Positions 19,603-29,382 of a DNA stretch of 47,301 nt are shown here, piece by piece. Position 1 is the first letter of the stretch, and the number at the start of each line of letters is the position of its first letter. This DNA comes from Clostridia bacterium (lineage in GTDB: Bacteria > Bacillota > Clostridia > Lachnospirales > Cellulosilyticaceae): assembly GCA_029256345.1 (NCBI GenBank), contig JAQSYC010000025.1:1-47301 (forward strand). The letters run 5' to 3'. The notes below the pieces were generated by a model. That model had not been told where the DNA came from. It saw only the letters and a program-made list of their open reading frames with translations, and searched no databases. The position numbers and the translations under genes were made by a program.

Positions 19603-20925
19603 CTACTCATCAACGCCAGTTTCGGTAGCACTATTTTCTTCAAGGATGTTACTGATATATAAAGCATAGACAAAGTTTGTATTTGAAGGTGAAAGAGAAG
19701 AAAAAGCCTGTTTTGTATAAGTGTAGAATGTTTTATCGGACATCATAAAAGGGATAGCACTTATAAAATATTGCATCCTTAGCTTTCTTTCAGCGGAAGG
19801 CAGTTGTGAAAGTACCTCTCTAAGGGTATCTATAAATGGCGTAAATAAACTACTGATTTCGTCTGAAGGTGAGGAAGATTTTTTTATAGTAAATCCAAAA
19901 GCATTTCCAATATCCATAGAGAGATAAGTTTGCATCAAGCTGAATAGCGGTTCGCTTTGAGCGTGGCAGGCTTTTTCATAAGCGGACTGTAAGCTAATTT
20001 TAATCTCTTTTACCCGGTCAGGAAGAGAGGATAAAAATAGTTCTTTATCTTCATCGGAGGTCATGATATTTTTGAGGGAGTAATAAAGATCATAAAAACT
20101 AATGTGTAAAGCAGTTACAGCAGTAAAGTCTAATTGGTCAAAGACTAGCAGGTTGTTAAGGCAGCCAGTCATTTTATAGAGAGTGTGGAGCATTTTGAGT
20201 AAAGTCTCTATGGTTTCTTCTGTAAGTTGTGTATTATCATAAAAGGCATCCTCAGATGTTTCAAGCGCTAGTTCAGTCAAGGTGACACTGAGATCTTTAA
20301 AATGCTTACCATACTCAGGACATGAATGGCCATCGAAGAGCTGCTTAAGGACCGAAACAAGTAGGATGCCATCATCAGTAGCAGGGGCCCATTCTATTTG
20401 GCCAAGACTTTTTTTGACATAATGCAGGTAGTTCTCCTTTGTAAGTTTAATAGGAATATAAGGCAGCAGCAGGGCGGCGTTCTGTTGTCTCGTACGCATA
20501 TCTTTTGCAGTAAATACAAAATTTACGCAGTCCGAGGCTAAACTATCACTGTCTATTGAAAAAGATGAGTCTTCATCTATAGGAGTTGTTTCATCAGATA
20601 GGCTATGGGCCACATTATAGGAGGTTGTAAGGTGATGAAGTTCTCTTTGATAAGCTGTTAATACCCTATATTTTTTTTCGAGTATGGTCCTAAAGCTTAT
20701 GATCTGAAGCACATGGTTTTCTTTGGTTTTGCTGTCCGCAGAAAGTATTTCAGGAAGAGATAGAAAAACGGCTTTAAGTTCATCTAAAATAGAAGAAGTT
20801 TCTTCGTCTAAATAACTAACAGAAGTATACAGGCTGTTATTTAGAAGTGCCAGATAATGATGGATATAATGGATATACGAGTAGGATAGACCTACAAATA
20901 ATGGATTGGTAGTGTGATTCATCAA
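19603..20925 (-). CDS. Hypothetical protein (440 aa)
   Basis: Long ORF with AAAGGAG RBS; no motif recognised. Confidence 0.75.
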   Translation of the reverse strand: MMNHTTNPLFVGLSYSYIHYIHHYLALLNNSLYTSVSYLDEETSSILDELKAVFLSLPEILSADSKTKENHVLQIISFRTILEKKYRVLTAYQRELHHLTTSYNVAHSLSDETTPIDEDSSFSIDSDSLASDCVNFVFTAKDMRTRQQNAALLLPYIPIKLTKENYLHYVKKSLGQIEWAPATDDGILLVSVLKQLFDGHSCPEYGKHFKDLSVTLTELALETSEDAFYDNTQLTEETIETLLKMLHTLYKMTGCLNNLLVFDQLDFTAVTALHISFYDLYYSLKNIMTSDEDKELFLSSLPDRVKEIKISLQSAYEKACHAQSEPLFSLMQTYLSMDIGNAFGFTIKKSSSPSDEISSLFTPFIDTLREVLSQLPSAERKLRMQYFISAIPFMMSDKTFYTYTKQAFSSLSPSNTNFVYALYISNILEENSATETGVDE

Positions 20926-21070
20926 GAATCTCCTTTCTTATTTTTATATTAAGGATATACAATTTTTGAGAATATAGCAAGCATGTCCCTTTAAATGTTG
21001 TAAGAAGATGGATACTATGATTGAAATAAAAATAAAAATAGATTAGTATAGTATTAAAGAGGTGAGAATC

Positions 21071-23284
21071 ATGGAGTTTGGTATGAGTTTAAGGGATGAA
21101 GCGTTAAAAGCGTTGGAAATGGGAGAGTGCAAAAATATTTATCATATATTGGGGATGCATACCTTGTATGAAGAGAGGGGAATGGGGCTTAAAATCACAG
21201 TATACTCTCCTACAGCGAGGACTATAACGGCTGTGCACATGGGGGACCCTACTAAAAGGTATGCCTTACAACCTAAAGGAGAAAAAGGTATTTTTGAAGG
21301 CATTATCAAAAGGAGAAAAAATAAATTTTTATATCAGCTTAAATGTGAGGATGATCAGGGGAATAGCTGGACTTATACAGACCCTTATCAGTTTGACGAA
21401 CTGTTTAGTAAAAAAGACTTTGATCTATTTAATCAAGGAGCAGATTATGAAGTCTACAACAAACTTGGAGCCAACTTTAGACAGATTAAGGGTGTTGAAG
21501 GTGTTGTTTTTGCTGTTTGGGCACCTCATGCAAAAAGGGTGAGTGTAGTAGGTGAGTTTAACAACTGGGATGGCAGACGACATCCTATGGGTTATATCGA
21601 AGGAACAGGGGTATGGGCACTTTTTATTCCAGATATGAAAGAATTGGATGTTTATAAGTATGAGATAAAAACTCAAAAGAATATTTTATTATATAAAGCA
21701 GATCCTTATGCGAGATATAGTCAGATAAGGCCTAATACCGCATCAGTTATCTATAACCCTAATAACTATAAGTGGAAAGATAAAAACTGGCTGGAAAAGA
21801 GAAAAAATAAACAATACTACAAAGAACCCGTATCTATCTATGAACTGCATATAGGTTCGTGGAAAAGGCATGCTGATGGCGCCTTTTATACCTATAGAGA
21901 AGTAGCTGATCATTTGGTTGTCTATGTAGAAGAGATGGGCTATACCCATATTGAACTTATGGGTATTACGGAGCATCCTTTTGATGGTTCATGGGGTTAT
22001 CAGGTGACAGGGTATTTTGCCCCCACCAGTAGATATGGGACTCCGGATGATTTCAGATATTTAGTAGATACCATGCATAAACACCATATTGGTGTGATCT
22101 TAGACTGGGTGCCAGCTCATTTTCCTAAGGATGCCTTTGCACTAGAGAAGTTTGATGGAGAGCCTTTATATGAATACATAGATGAAAAAAAGGCACACCA
22201 TCCACAATGGGGGACGCTTATTTTTGACTATAGTAAGCCACAGGTACAAGCATTCCTTATAGCCAATGCGCTTTTATGGCTAACTCAATATCATATCGAC
22301 GGTTTAAGAGTGGATGCAGTGGCTTCTATGCTTTATTTAGATTATGGCAGAGAAGGGGATTATATAGCAAATAAATATGGGGGGAGAGAAAATTTAGATG
22401 CTGTAGCATTTTTGAAAAACCTTAATCAAGCGGCATATAGCCAGGTGCCAGGTATTATGATGATTGCGGAAGAATCCACCTCTTGGGCTGGGGTATCTCA
22501 TCCGGTTGAAGCGGGTGGACTGGGGTTTGGTTTCAAATGGAATATGGGTTGGATGAATGACTTTCTTTCTTATATGAAATTAGATCCCTATTTCAGAAAG
22601 CATCATCATAAAAAAATTACGTTTAGCCTTATGTACGCTTTTAGTGAAAATTTTATTCAGGTATTATCCCATGATGAAGTGGTGCATGGAAAGAGTTCCA
22701 TGATTTATAAAATGCCTGGAAATGAATGGCAGAAATTTGCTAATCTGCGCGTCGCTTATGGCTATATGTTCATGCACCCTGGTAAAAAAATGTTGTTTAT
22801 GGGCAATGAATTTGCACAGACTAAAGAATGGAATGAAGACGGTGAGTTAGACTGGGGGCTTATGGCGTACAAGCCTCATGCTTGTATCAAAGAGTATGTC
22901 AAAGACCTGAATGTACTTTACAGGAAAAATAAATGCTTGTGGGAAATAGGCAATGGCTATGAAAATTTTGAATGGATAGATTGTGATAATAAAGATCAGA
23001 GTATCGTATCCTTTATAAGAAAAGGTCCGGCAGCTAAGGATAGGCTTATTGCGGTTATCAATTTTACGCCTGTAACATGGCAGAATTACCGTATAGGTGT
23101 GCCAGACAAAGCCGTTTATACAGAAATCTTAAATAGTGACAGTCAATGTTATGGCGGGACAGGGGTTATTAATGATAAAGTCCGTGCGGAAGATACCCCT
23201 TGGCATGATAAGGCCTATAGCATAGAGATAAGTATTCCGCCTTTAGGGATATGCGTTTTTACGATAGAAAGATTCTTGAAATAG
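21071..23284 (+). CDS. glgB: 1,4-alpha-glucan branching enzyme (GH13)
   Basis: FAVWAPHA, SWGYQVTGYFAPTSRYG, DWVPAHFP, DGLRVDAVASM, IAEES, LSHDEVVHGK; GAGGTG RBS before ATG 21071. Confidence 0.95.
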   Translation: MEFGMSLRDEALKALEMGECKNIYHILGMHTLYEERGMGLKITVYSPTARTITAVHMGDPTKRYALQPKGEKGIFEGIIKRRKNKFLYQLKCEDDQGNSWTYTDPYQFDELFSKKDFDLFNQGADYEVYNKLGANFRQIKGVEGVVFAVWAPHAKRVSVVGEFNNWDGRRHPMGYIEGTGVWALFIPDMKELDVYKYEIKTQKNILLYKADPYARYSQIRPNTASVIYNPNNYKWKDKNWLEKRKNKQYYKEPVSIYELHIGSWKRHADGAFYTYREVADHLVVYVEEMGYTHIELMGITEHPFDGSWGYQVTGYFAPTSRYGTPDDFRYLVDTMHKHHIGVILDWVPAHFPKDAFALEKFDGEPLYEYIDEKKAHHPQWGTLIFDYSKPQVQAFLIANALLWLTQYHIDGLRVDAVASMLYLDYGREGDYIANKYGGRENLDAVAFLKNLNQAAYSQVPGIMMIAEESTSWAGVSHPVEAGGLGFGFKWNMGWMNDFLSYMKLDPYFRKHHHKKITFSLMYAFSENFIQVLSHDEVVHGKSSMIYKMPGNEWQKFANLRVAYGYMFMHPGKKMLFMGNEFAQTKEWNEDGELDWGLMAYKPHACIKEYVKDLNVLYRKNKCLWEIGNGYENFEWIDCDNKDQSIVSFIRKGPAAKDRLIAVINFTPVTWQNYRIGVPDKAVYTEILNSDSQCYGGTGVINDKVRAEDTPWHDKAYSIEISIPPLGICVFTIERFLK

Positions 23285-23293
23285 CAATTAATT

Positions 23294-23357
23294 TAAAATA
23301 TTTCCAAACAAAAGAGAGGGAAGTGAACTTCCCTCTCTTTTGTTTGGAAATATTTTA
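23294..23357. repeat. 31-bp perfect inverted repeat with 2-nt spacer (probable glgB terminator)
   Basis: TAAAATATTTCCAAACAAAAGAGAGGGAAGT-GA-ACTTCCCTCTCTTTTGTTTGGAAATATTTTA. Confidence 0.9.
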
Positions 23358-23392
23358 TTTAGGTTATACTTTTTAAAAAAGGAATGTGATTC

Positions 23393-23716
23393 ATGTATTT
23401 GATAAAACAGGTCCATAATAGTGGTGAAGCGTTAAATGAAATGCATATCTATGTTTTGCAAAACAACAAATGGTGTTTTGAACAAATGGTAAGGGTGAAG
23501 GGCTGTAAAGCGTTAGCAGACTTTATAGCACGTAGTCACTACTCATTTGAGTATGCCATTTTAAAACTCAATCAGCCCTATAGAAATATCCTTTACCACT
23601 TTAATCCCCATATTAAAATCGCCATAGATAAAGAAGAAATAAAAACACTGTTTTATAGCTTGTTTCAGGAAGACGAAGGCGTTTATGAAGAGGCAGCGAT
23701 GAATTTTATAGGATGA
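23393..23716 (+). CDS. Hypothetical protein (107 aa)
   Basis: ORF with AAGGAATGTGA RBS-like sequence; no motif recognised. Confidence 0.65.
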   Translation: MYLIKQVHNSGEALNEMHIYVLQNNKWCFEQMVRVKGCKALADFIARSHYSFEYAILKLNQPYRNILYHFNPHIKIAIDKEEIKTLFYSLFQEDEGVYEEAAMNFIG

Positions 23717-23865
23717 ACTCCAGAGCGGAAGCGCTTCATCTCTACGAACTTTGGCAGCTACATATGCCGATAAATGATAAAAAAGCAAGCCGATTTATAA
23801 GAACTATGGAGTTTTATCTTGATGAAATTATCAATTATTTCACAGTTGAACCGATCTATAATTTT

Positions 23866-25260
23866 CTAAATCGATGAAGTGAGCTGATTGTCTGTTAAAA
23901 AGGCTTTTGCATGATCAATGTGAGCCAAAACCGCAGAGGTACTGGGCCCGCCTTTAACTTTACGCTCATTAACACAGGTAGCTAAAGAAATCGCTTCATA
24001 AATATCTGTATCGAATATAGGATGAATAGATTGGTACACATCAAGAGGGAGTTCTTCCAGTGATATTTTTTCATTTAAGCAGTATAAAACGAGTTTTCCA
24101 ATCACTTCATGAGCATCTCTAAAAGCTAAGCCCTTTTTAACAAGATAATCCGCAGCATCTGTCGCATTAGTGAAACCTCCAGCTGCTGCCTGATACATAT
24201 TTTTTTCACAGATAGTAGCTGTTTTAAGCATTTCATTAAATATAGGGAGGCACATCTTAAGTGTGTCGATGCTATCAAAGATACGCTCTTTGTCTTCTTG
24301 CATATCTTTATTGTAAGCTAGAGGCAACCCTTTCATAGTCGTCAAAAGGCTTATTAAGTTACCATAAACTCTACCAGATTTACCACGGACAAGCTCGGCG
24401 ATGTCAGGGTTTTTCTTCTGTGGCATAATAGAGCTCCCGGTGCTGTAAGCATCATCTAACTCAATAAAATGAAATTCATGGGAACTCCATAAAATAATCT
24501 CTTCACTGAATCGGCTAAGATGCATCATCAGTGTAGAAAGACTATAAAGTAAATCAAGACAAAAATCTCTGTCTGATACACCATCTAGACTATTTTCACA
24601 CACACTGTCAAAACCAAGCTCTGCCGCTACAAAATCCCTATCTAAAGGATAGGTAGTGGTTGCAAGAGCACCACTGCCTAAAGGCAGTGAGTTAGTCATA
24701 GTATAGGTGAAATTTAACCTGGCAAAATCTCTTTTGAGCATTTCAAAATAGGCCATCAGATGATGTGCAAAGGTTATGGGCTGAGCACGCTGCAAGTGAG
24801 TATAACCGGGCATAATAACGGAGATGTGTTTCTCGGATAACTGGGCCAGAGTATTCATAAGACTAAGAAGCATAGCTTTCATTTCATTTATTTCATCTAA
24901 AACATACAGCCTTACATCCAAAGCAACTTGATCGTTGCGGCTGCGTCCAGTATGCATTTTTTTAGCAACATCACCGATTCGTTTAATAAGCAGCGCTTCT
25001 ATATTCATATGGATATCTTCCATTTTTTCGTCAAATAATACATTACCCTGCTCGATATCTGCTAATAAATCTAATAACCCCTCTTTGATGAGTTCACTAT
25101 CCTTAAGGGGAATGATAGATTGTTTGGCAAGCATAGACACGTGGGCTATGCTGCCAAGGATATCTTGTTTATAAAGTCTGGCATCAAATGATATAGAAGA
25201 GTTAAAATGATCCGTTAAGGTATTTGTTTCTTTGGCAAATCTTCCGCCCCATAATTTCAT
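23866..25260 (-). CDS. argH: Argininosuccinate lyase
   Basis: MKLWGGRF, HTGRSRNDQ, PGYTHLQRAQP, STGSSIMPQKKNPD. Confidence 0.97.
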   Translation of the reverse strand: MKLWGGRFAKETNTLTDHFNSSISFDARLYKQDILGSIAHVSMLAKQSIIPLKDSELIKEGLLDLLADIEQGNVLFDEKMEDIHMNIEALLIKRIGDVAKKMHTGRSRNDQVALDVRLYVLDEINEMKAMLLSLMNTLAQLSEKHISVIMPGYTHLQRAQPITFAHHLMAYFEMLKRDFARLNFTYTMTNSLPLGSGALATTTYPLDRDFVAAELGFDSVCENSLDGVSDRDFCLDLLYSLSTLMMHLSRFSEEIILWSSHEFHFIELDDAYSTGSSIMPQKKNPDIAELVRGKSGRVYGNLISLLTTMKGLPLAYNKDMQEDKERIFDSIDTLKMCLPIFNEMLKTATICEKNMYQAAAGGFTNATDAADYLVKKGLAFRDAHEVIGKLVLYCLNEKISLEELPLDVYQSIHPIFDTDIYEAISLATCVNERKVKGGPSTSAVLAHIDHAKAFLTDNQLTSSI

Positions 25261-25302
25261 AAGTGACCTCCTTGTTGAGTGTAGTGGTTAGGCGGCAAAA
25301 GC

Positions 25303-26447
25303 TTATTGTTCACGGGCTTTCTGCATAAGTGCTCTTACGCGCAGGGGTAGACCGTATAAAGTAATGAAACCGCCTGCATCTTTGTGGTCATAAAGATCGC
25401 CAGTTGTAAAGCTTGCTAAATCCTCACTGTAGAGAGAAAATGGAGATTGCGCTCCTTGTGAAATAATATTACCTTTATAAAGTTTGAGTTTGACTTCGCC
25501 AGTGACTACGGTCTGAGTACTTTCAACAAAGGCCTGAAGTGCCTCGCGAAGAGGGGTGAACCACTTGCCGTTGTAGATAAGATCCGCAAATTCAAGTGCT
25601 ACGCCTTGTTTGAATCGATAAGTTTCACGGTCTAAAGTTAAATGTTCAAGCTCTTCATGGGCTTTGTAGAGTATAGTGCCGCCAGGTGTTTCATATACGC
25701 CGCGGGATTTCATACCTACCACTCTGTTTTCTACAATATCTTCGATACCAATACCATTGGCGCCGCCTAATTCGTTGAGTTTTTCAAGTAAGGCAGAAGG
25801 CTCCATAGCTATGCCATCTAAATGAGTTGGAATACCTTTATCAAAGGTTAAACTGATAAGAGTGGGCGCATCAGGAGCTTTTTCAGGTGACACACCTAAT
25901 TTTAATAACGTTTCATAATGAGGCGCATTCCATGGGTTTTCAAGTTCTAAGCCCTCGTGAGAAATATGCCACATGTTACGGTCACGGCTGTAGCTGTCTT
26001 CCTTTTTCATAGGAACAGGCAGGCCACGTTCTTAAGGTGAGGTGCAAGAGCCGCAATACCCAGTTCAAAACGAATTTGATCATTGCCTTTGCCAGTGCAG
26101 CCATGGCAAATTGCAGTTGCATCTTCTTTAAGCGCCACATTTACTAAAGTTTTAGCAATAATCGCACGGGCAATAGAAGTCCCAAGATAATATTTAGATT
26201 CATAGATTGCGCCAGACTGAATCATTGGAAACACATAGTCTTTCATAAACTCATCTTTAACATTTTCTACATAAACTTTACTAACGCCCATAGACAGTGC
26301 TCTTTCTTCTAAACCTACAAGCTCTGCATCCTGTCCAACATTTATGCATACAGCAATCACTTCATAATCATAATTTTCCTTTAACCAAGGGATAATAACA
26401 GATGTATCTAAGCCACCTGAATAAGCTAAAACAACTTTTTCTTTCAT
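25303..26447 (-). CDS. argG: Argininosuccinate synthase, split at ~26032 by a frameshifting internal deletion
   Basis: [10 protein letters not shown] and [10 protein letters not shown] in the N-part; [13 protein letters not shown] and [10 protein letters not shown] in the C-part; IIAPWR segment missing. Confidence 0.93.
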
Positions 26448-26489
26448 AGTAAAGATCCTCCTTAAATTGTATTAAATATATATAAGTAT

Positions 26490-26558
26490 TTACGTATAAT
26501 TATACATAAATAACTGTATAATTCAATACCTATATAAAAATATTTATTATTATTCATA
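26490..26558 (-). promoter_or_regulatory. argG promoter with ArgR (ARG) boxes
   Basis: Minus-strand TTGAAT-N16-TATAAT; ARG-like cores TGTATAATTATACG (26493-26506) over the -10 and TGAATAATAATAAA (26543-26556). Confidence 0.6.
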
Positions 26559-26709
26559 CAGGTATAGTATATAGTCACTTATATAAATTGTATACCTATT
26601 TATATAAAATAGAGTATATTGTCATAAAACCCATTAAAGAATATAGAAAAAACACAAAGAGTGTAGTATACTTATAATACTTGAAGATATATGAGGAGGA
26701 ATGAAGTAA

Positions 26710-27363
26710 ATGTCCAATTTTTTTGACCTTGACGCCCCGCTATGGGCATGGCTGACAGAAGTGGCGGATATTATGCTGATATCAATCTATTGGTGGATAT
26801 GCAGTATTCCCATTATTACCATAGGTGCATCAACCACATCTTTATTTTATGTACTGGGTAAAAAGATAAGAAAAGAACCAGTTTACGTAACAAAAGATTA
26901 TTTTACCAGCTTTAAAGACAATTTTAAGCAATCAATTCCGATATCTATTCTTTTAATTATTGCGTGGGTGAGTTGTATTCTGTATTTTTTATTGGGGTTG
27001 GATGGTATTTTAACCCAAAATATCACTGGGATGATGAAGGTTATTATTCCGCTTGCCATTGTATTTATTTTTGAAACCATTCATATCTCAATTTATGTTT
27101 GTGCAGTTTTTTCTAGATTTAATATGAAGACGTACACTATTTTCACAACAGCTTTTGTGCTGGCACATAGACATCTTTTAACCACCCTTATTAATACATT
27201 GATACTTTATGTAGGTTTTATGTTATTTCTAAAGGCACCCTTTTTAGTGTTAGTCATGCCAGGAGCGGTAGTGGGGATGATGTCCTTTTTGATTCAAAAA
27301 ATATTTACAAAGTATATCGAAACTCAAAATGAATCAGAGAATATTTTAGCTAAAGAACAGTAA
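26710..27363 (+). CDS. YesL/DUF624 family membrane protein
   Basis: CSIPIITIGASTTSL and YFTSFKDNFKQS motifs; multiple TM segments. Confidence 0.85.
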   Translation: MSNFFDLDAPLWAWLTEVADIMLISIYWWICSIPIITIGASTTSLFYVLGKKIRKEPVYVTKDYFTSFKDNFKQSIPISILLIIAWVSCILYFLLGLDGILTQNITGMMKVIIPLAIVFIFETIHISIYVCAVFSRFNMKTYTIFTTAFVLAHRHLLTTLINTLILYVGFMLFLKAPFLVLVMPGAVVGMMSFLIQKIFTKYIETQNESENILAKEQ

Positions 27364-27376
27364 AAACAGATAAGAT

Positions 27377-27422
27377 GTAAGGCGGTCTGCTTATATTATA
27401 AAATATAGGCAGGCTGTTTATT
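27377..27422 (+). terminator. Terminator-like hairpin
   Basis: GCGGTCTGCTTATATT/AATATAGGCAGGCTGT stem. Confidence 0.55.
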
Positions 27423-27593
27423 CATTATGGAATGATAACTTAAAAAACGTATACAATAGAAGAAGTGGCAATTGACAATGCGAAGATTATGGATTAATAT
27501 AAACTACAAATTAAAAATAAATTTGGGTTTGTTTAAAAAATTTTCATATTGATCCTGTATAATAAAGAGACAACTAGAAAATGAGGTGATATC

Positions 27594-27944
27594 ATGGAGT
27601 TTGTATTAAATATGTTTTTGGTGATTGTGCTAGTAGGTGTAGTTAATCTGGCTCGTTACATTTTCAAGATAAGAAAAATTATGAAAATGCATAAAGATAA
27701 TCCTAATATACAAGGCATTAGTATTATCAATGGTGAGATCAAAGTTATAGAAAAAAATGACACAACATCAGAGCTCAAAAAAGAACCTTTAAAAGAACTT
27801 GTCAGTGATTCTGTATGTGGACAGGAAATAGATAAAAAAGAGGCTTATAGGCTATTTAAAGAGGGTAAAGAGCATTTCTTTTGTTCTTGGGAATGCAGAG
27901 AAAAATTTCTAAAAGAAAATCATAGTCTAGAAGGTAAGATTTAA
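27594..27944 (+). CDS. Membrane-anchored YHS/TRASH-domain protein
   Basis: N-terminal TM helix; C-terminal DSVCG...HFFCSWECREKF; GAGGTG RBS. Confidence 0.8.
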   Translation: MEFVLNMFLVIVLVGVVNLARYIFKIRKIMKMHKDNPNIQGISIINGEIKVIEKNDTTSELKKEPLKELVSDSVCGQEIDKKEAYRLFKEGKEHFFCSWECREKFLKENHSLEGKI

Positions 27945-28074
27945 TTTACCTTCTTTTTCTATTTTCTAGATTTAAAAGATTTTATTGGATGATAAACACC
28001 AAAAAATGACTATATTTTTAAATGGACGATGGTATAATAAACCTATGAATCATTTAAGCGGAGGTAAGCGGTAA

Positions 28075-29316
28075 ATGAAAGCAGAAATCATAGCGGTTGG
28101 CAATGAAATTGTAACAGGAAATACGGTTAATACAAATGCGAGTTATATAGCTAAGCAAATACAGACAATAGGCATCATGCCCAGATATCACAGTGCAGTT
28201 TGTGATGTTTGGCAAGACATCCAAGAGGCCGTGGGTATTGCTTTGCAAAGAGCGGAGATTGTTTTTGTAACAGGAGGACTTGGTCCCACTGAAGATGACC
28301 TAACAAAAGAAGCTGTTTGTCACTATCTTGGTCAAGAACTGGTTAGCAAACAAGATATTGTGATGCAGATACAAGATTACTTTAACAAACTTAATCGGTA
28401 TATGCCAGAACGTAATAAAAAACAAGCGGCTTTTCCAAAAGATGCTTATATATTACAAAATGATTATGGAACAGCACCGGGATGTATTCTTAAGAAGGCG
28501 ACAAAACACATTGTACTGTTGCCAGGTCCGCCAAAAGAAATGAGACCGATGCTTGACGCTTATGTCCTGCCCTACTTTAAAGAAGCAGTTACTGAGTGCT
28601 ATCATACAATAGATATTAAGTTATTTGGTATTGGTGAAAGCGAGATGTCAGAAAAAATCGCAGATTTGCTAGGGAATTTTGAGGATGCTACTGTAGCGCC
28701 TTATGTGGGAAATTATGAGGTTGTTGTTAGGATAACTAGCTGTGGCAAAGACCAGGAAACCGCTGTAAGCATTGCTGAACACATCAAAAAGAATGTGTGT
28801 GAATGTTTAGAAGAGTATGTAATCGGATATAATGGAGATACACTTGAAAACACAGTATTAGACCTTCTGATAAAACATGGCTATACGGTTGCAACGGCAG
28901 AATCTTGTACCGGTGGGATGCTCACCGCGGCGCTTGTCAACTGTAGTGGCATATCTTCTTATTTAAACGAGGGTATTGTTACCTACAGCAATGAGGCCAA
29001 GATGAAGCATGTAGAGGTGTCAGAAGACACACTCAAGGCCTATGGGGCCGTCAGCAAAGAGACTGCAAAAGAAATGGCAGAAGGCATAAAACGTAAAGCA
29101 GGAACAGATATTGGACTATCTACGACGGGTATAGCGGGACCGAGTGGTGCAACAGATCAAAAACCAGTAGGATTAGTTTATATAGGGATAGCTATTAAAG
29201 ATAAAACATATGTTTATGAGCTGCACCTAACTGGGGATAGACAAGGAATCAGGGAGAAAACAGTCAAAAATGTGTTGTTTAAAGTTTATAAACATTTAAA
29301 AGAAATTAATGCTTGA
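28075..29316 (+). CDS. cinA: Competence/damage-inducible protein CinA (MoCF-like plus PncC domains)
   Basis: AEIIAVGNE, TGGLGPTEDD, LPGPPKEM, AESCTGG, TTGIAGP; upstream of recA. Confidence 0.95.
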   Translation: MKAEIIAVGNEIVTGNTVNTNASYIAKQIQTIGIMPRYHSAVCDVWQDIQEAVGIALQRAEIVFVTGGLGPTEDDLTKEAVCHYLGQELVSKQDIVMQIQDYFNKLNRYMPERNKKQAAFPKDAYILQNDYGTAPGCILKKATKHIVLLPGPPKEMRPMLDAYVLPYFKEAVTECYHTIDIKLFGIGESEMSEKIADLLGNFEDATVAPYVGNYEVVVRITSCGKDQETAVSIAEHIKKNVCECLEEYVIGYNGDTLENTVLDLLIKHGYTVATAESCTGGMLTAALVNCSGISSYLNEGIVTYSNEAKMKHVEVSEDTLKAYGAVSKETAKEMAEGIKRKAGTDIGLSTTGIAGPSGATDQKPVGLVYIGIAIKDKTYVYELHLTGDRQGIREKTVKNVLFKVYKHLKEINA

Positions 29317-29361
29317 TATTCTGTATAAAGTTATGTATAATAAGATTAGAACAAATGTTCG
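29313..29361 (+). promoter_or_regulatory. recA sigma-A promoter and LexA SOS box
   Basis: TTGATA-N17-TATAAT (29313-29341); AGAAC-AAAT-GTTCG at 29348-29361 fits Firmicute GAAC-N4-GTTC. Confidence 0.88.
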
Positions 29362-29382
29362 ATTACTGAAGAGGTGAAAATA

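Noticed and set aside
23788-23801. 14-mer AAGCCGATTTATAA shared with the flgB upstream region (~37911)
   Set aside because: A match this short is expected by chance in 47 kb of AT-rich DNA, and the sigma-D -35 spacing is poor
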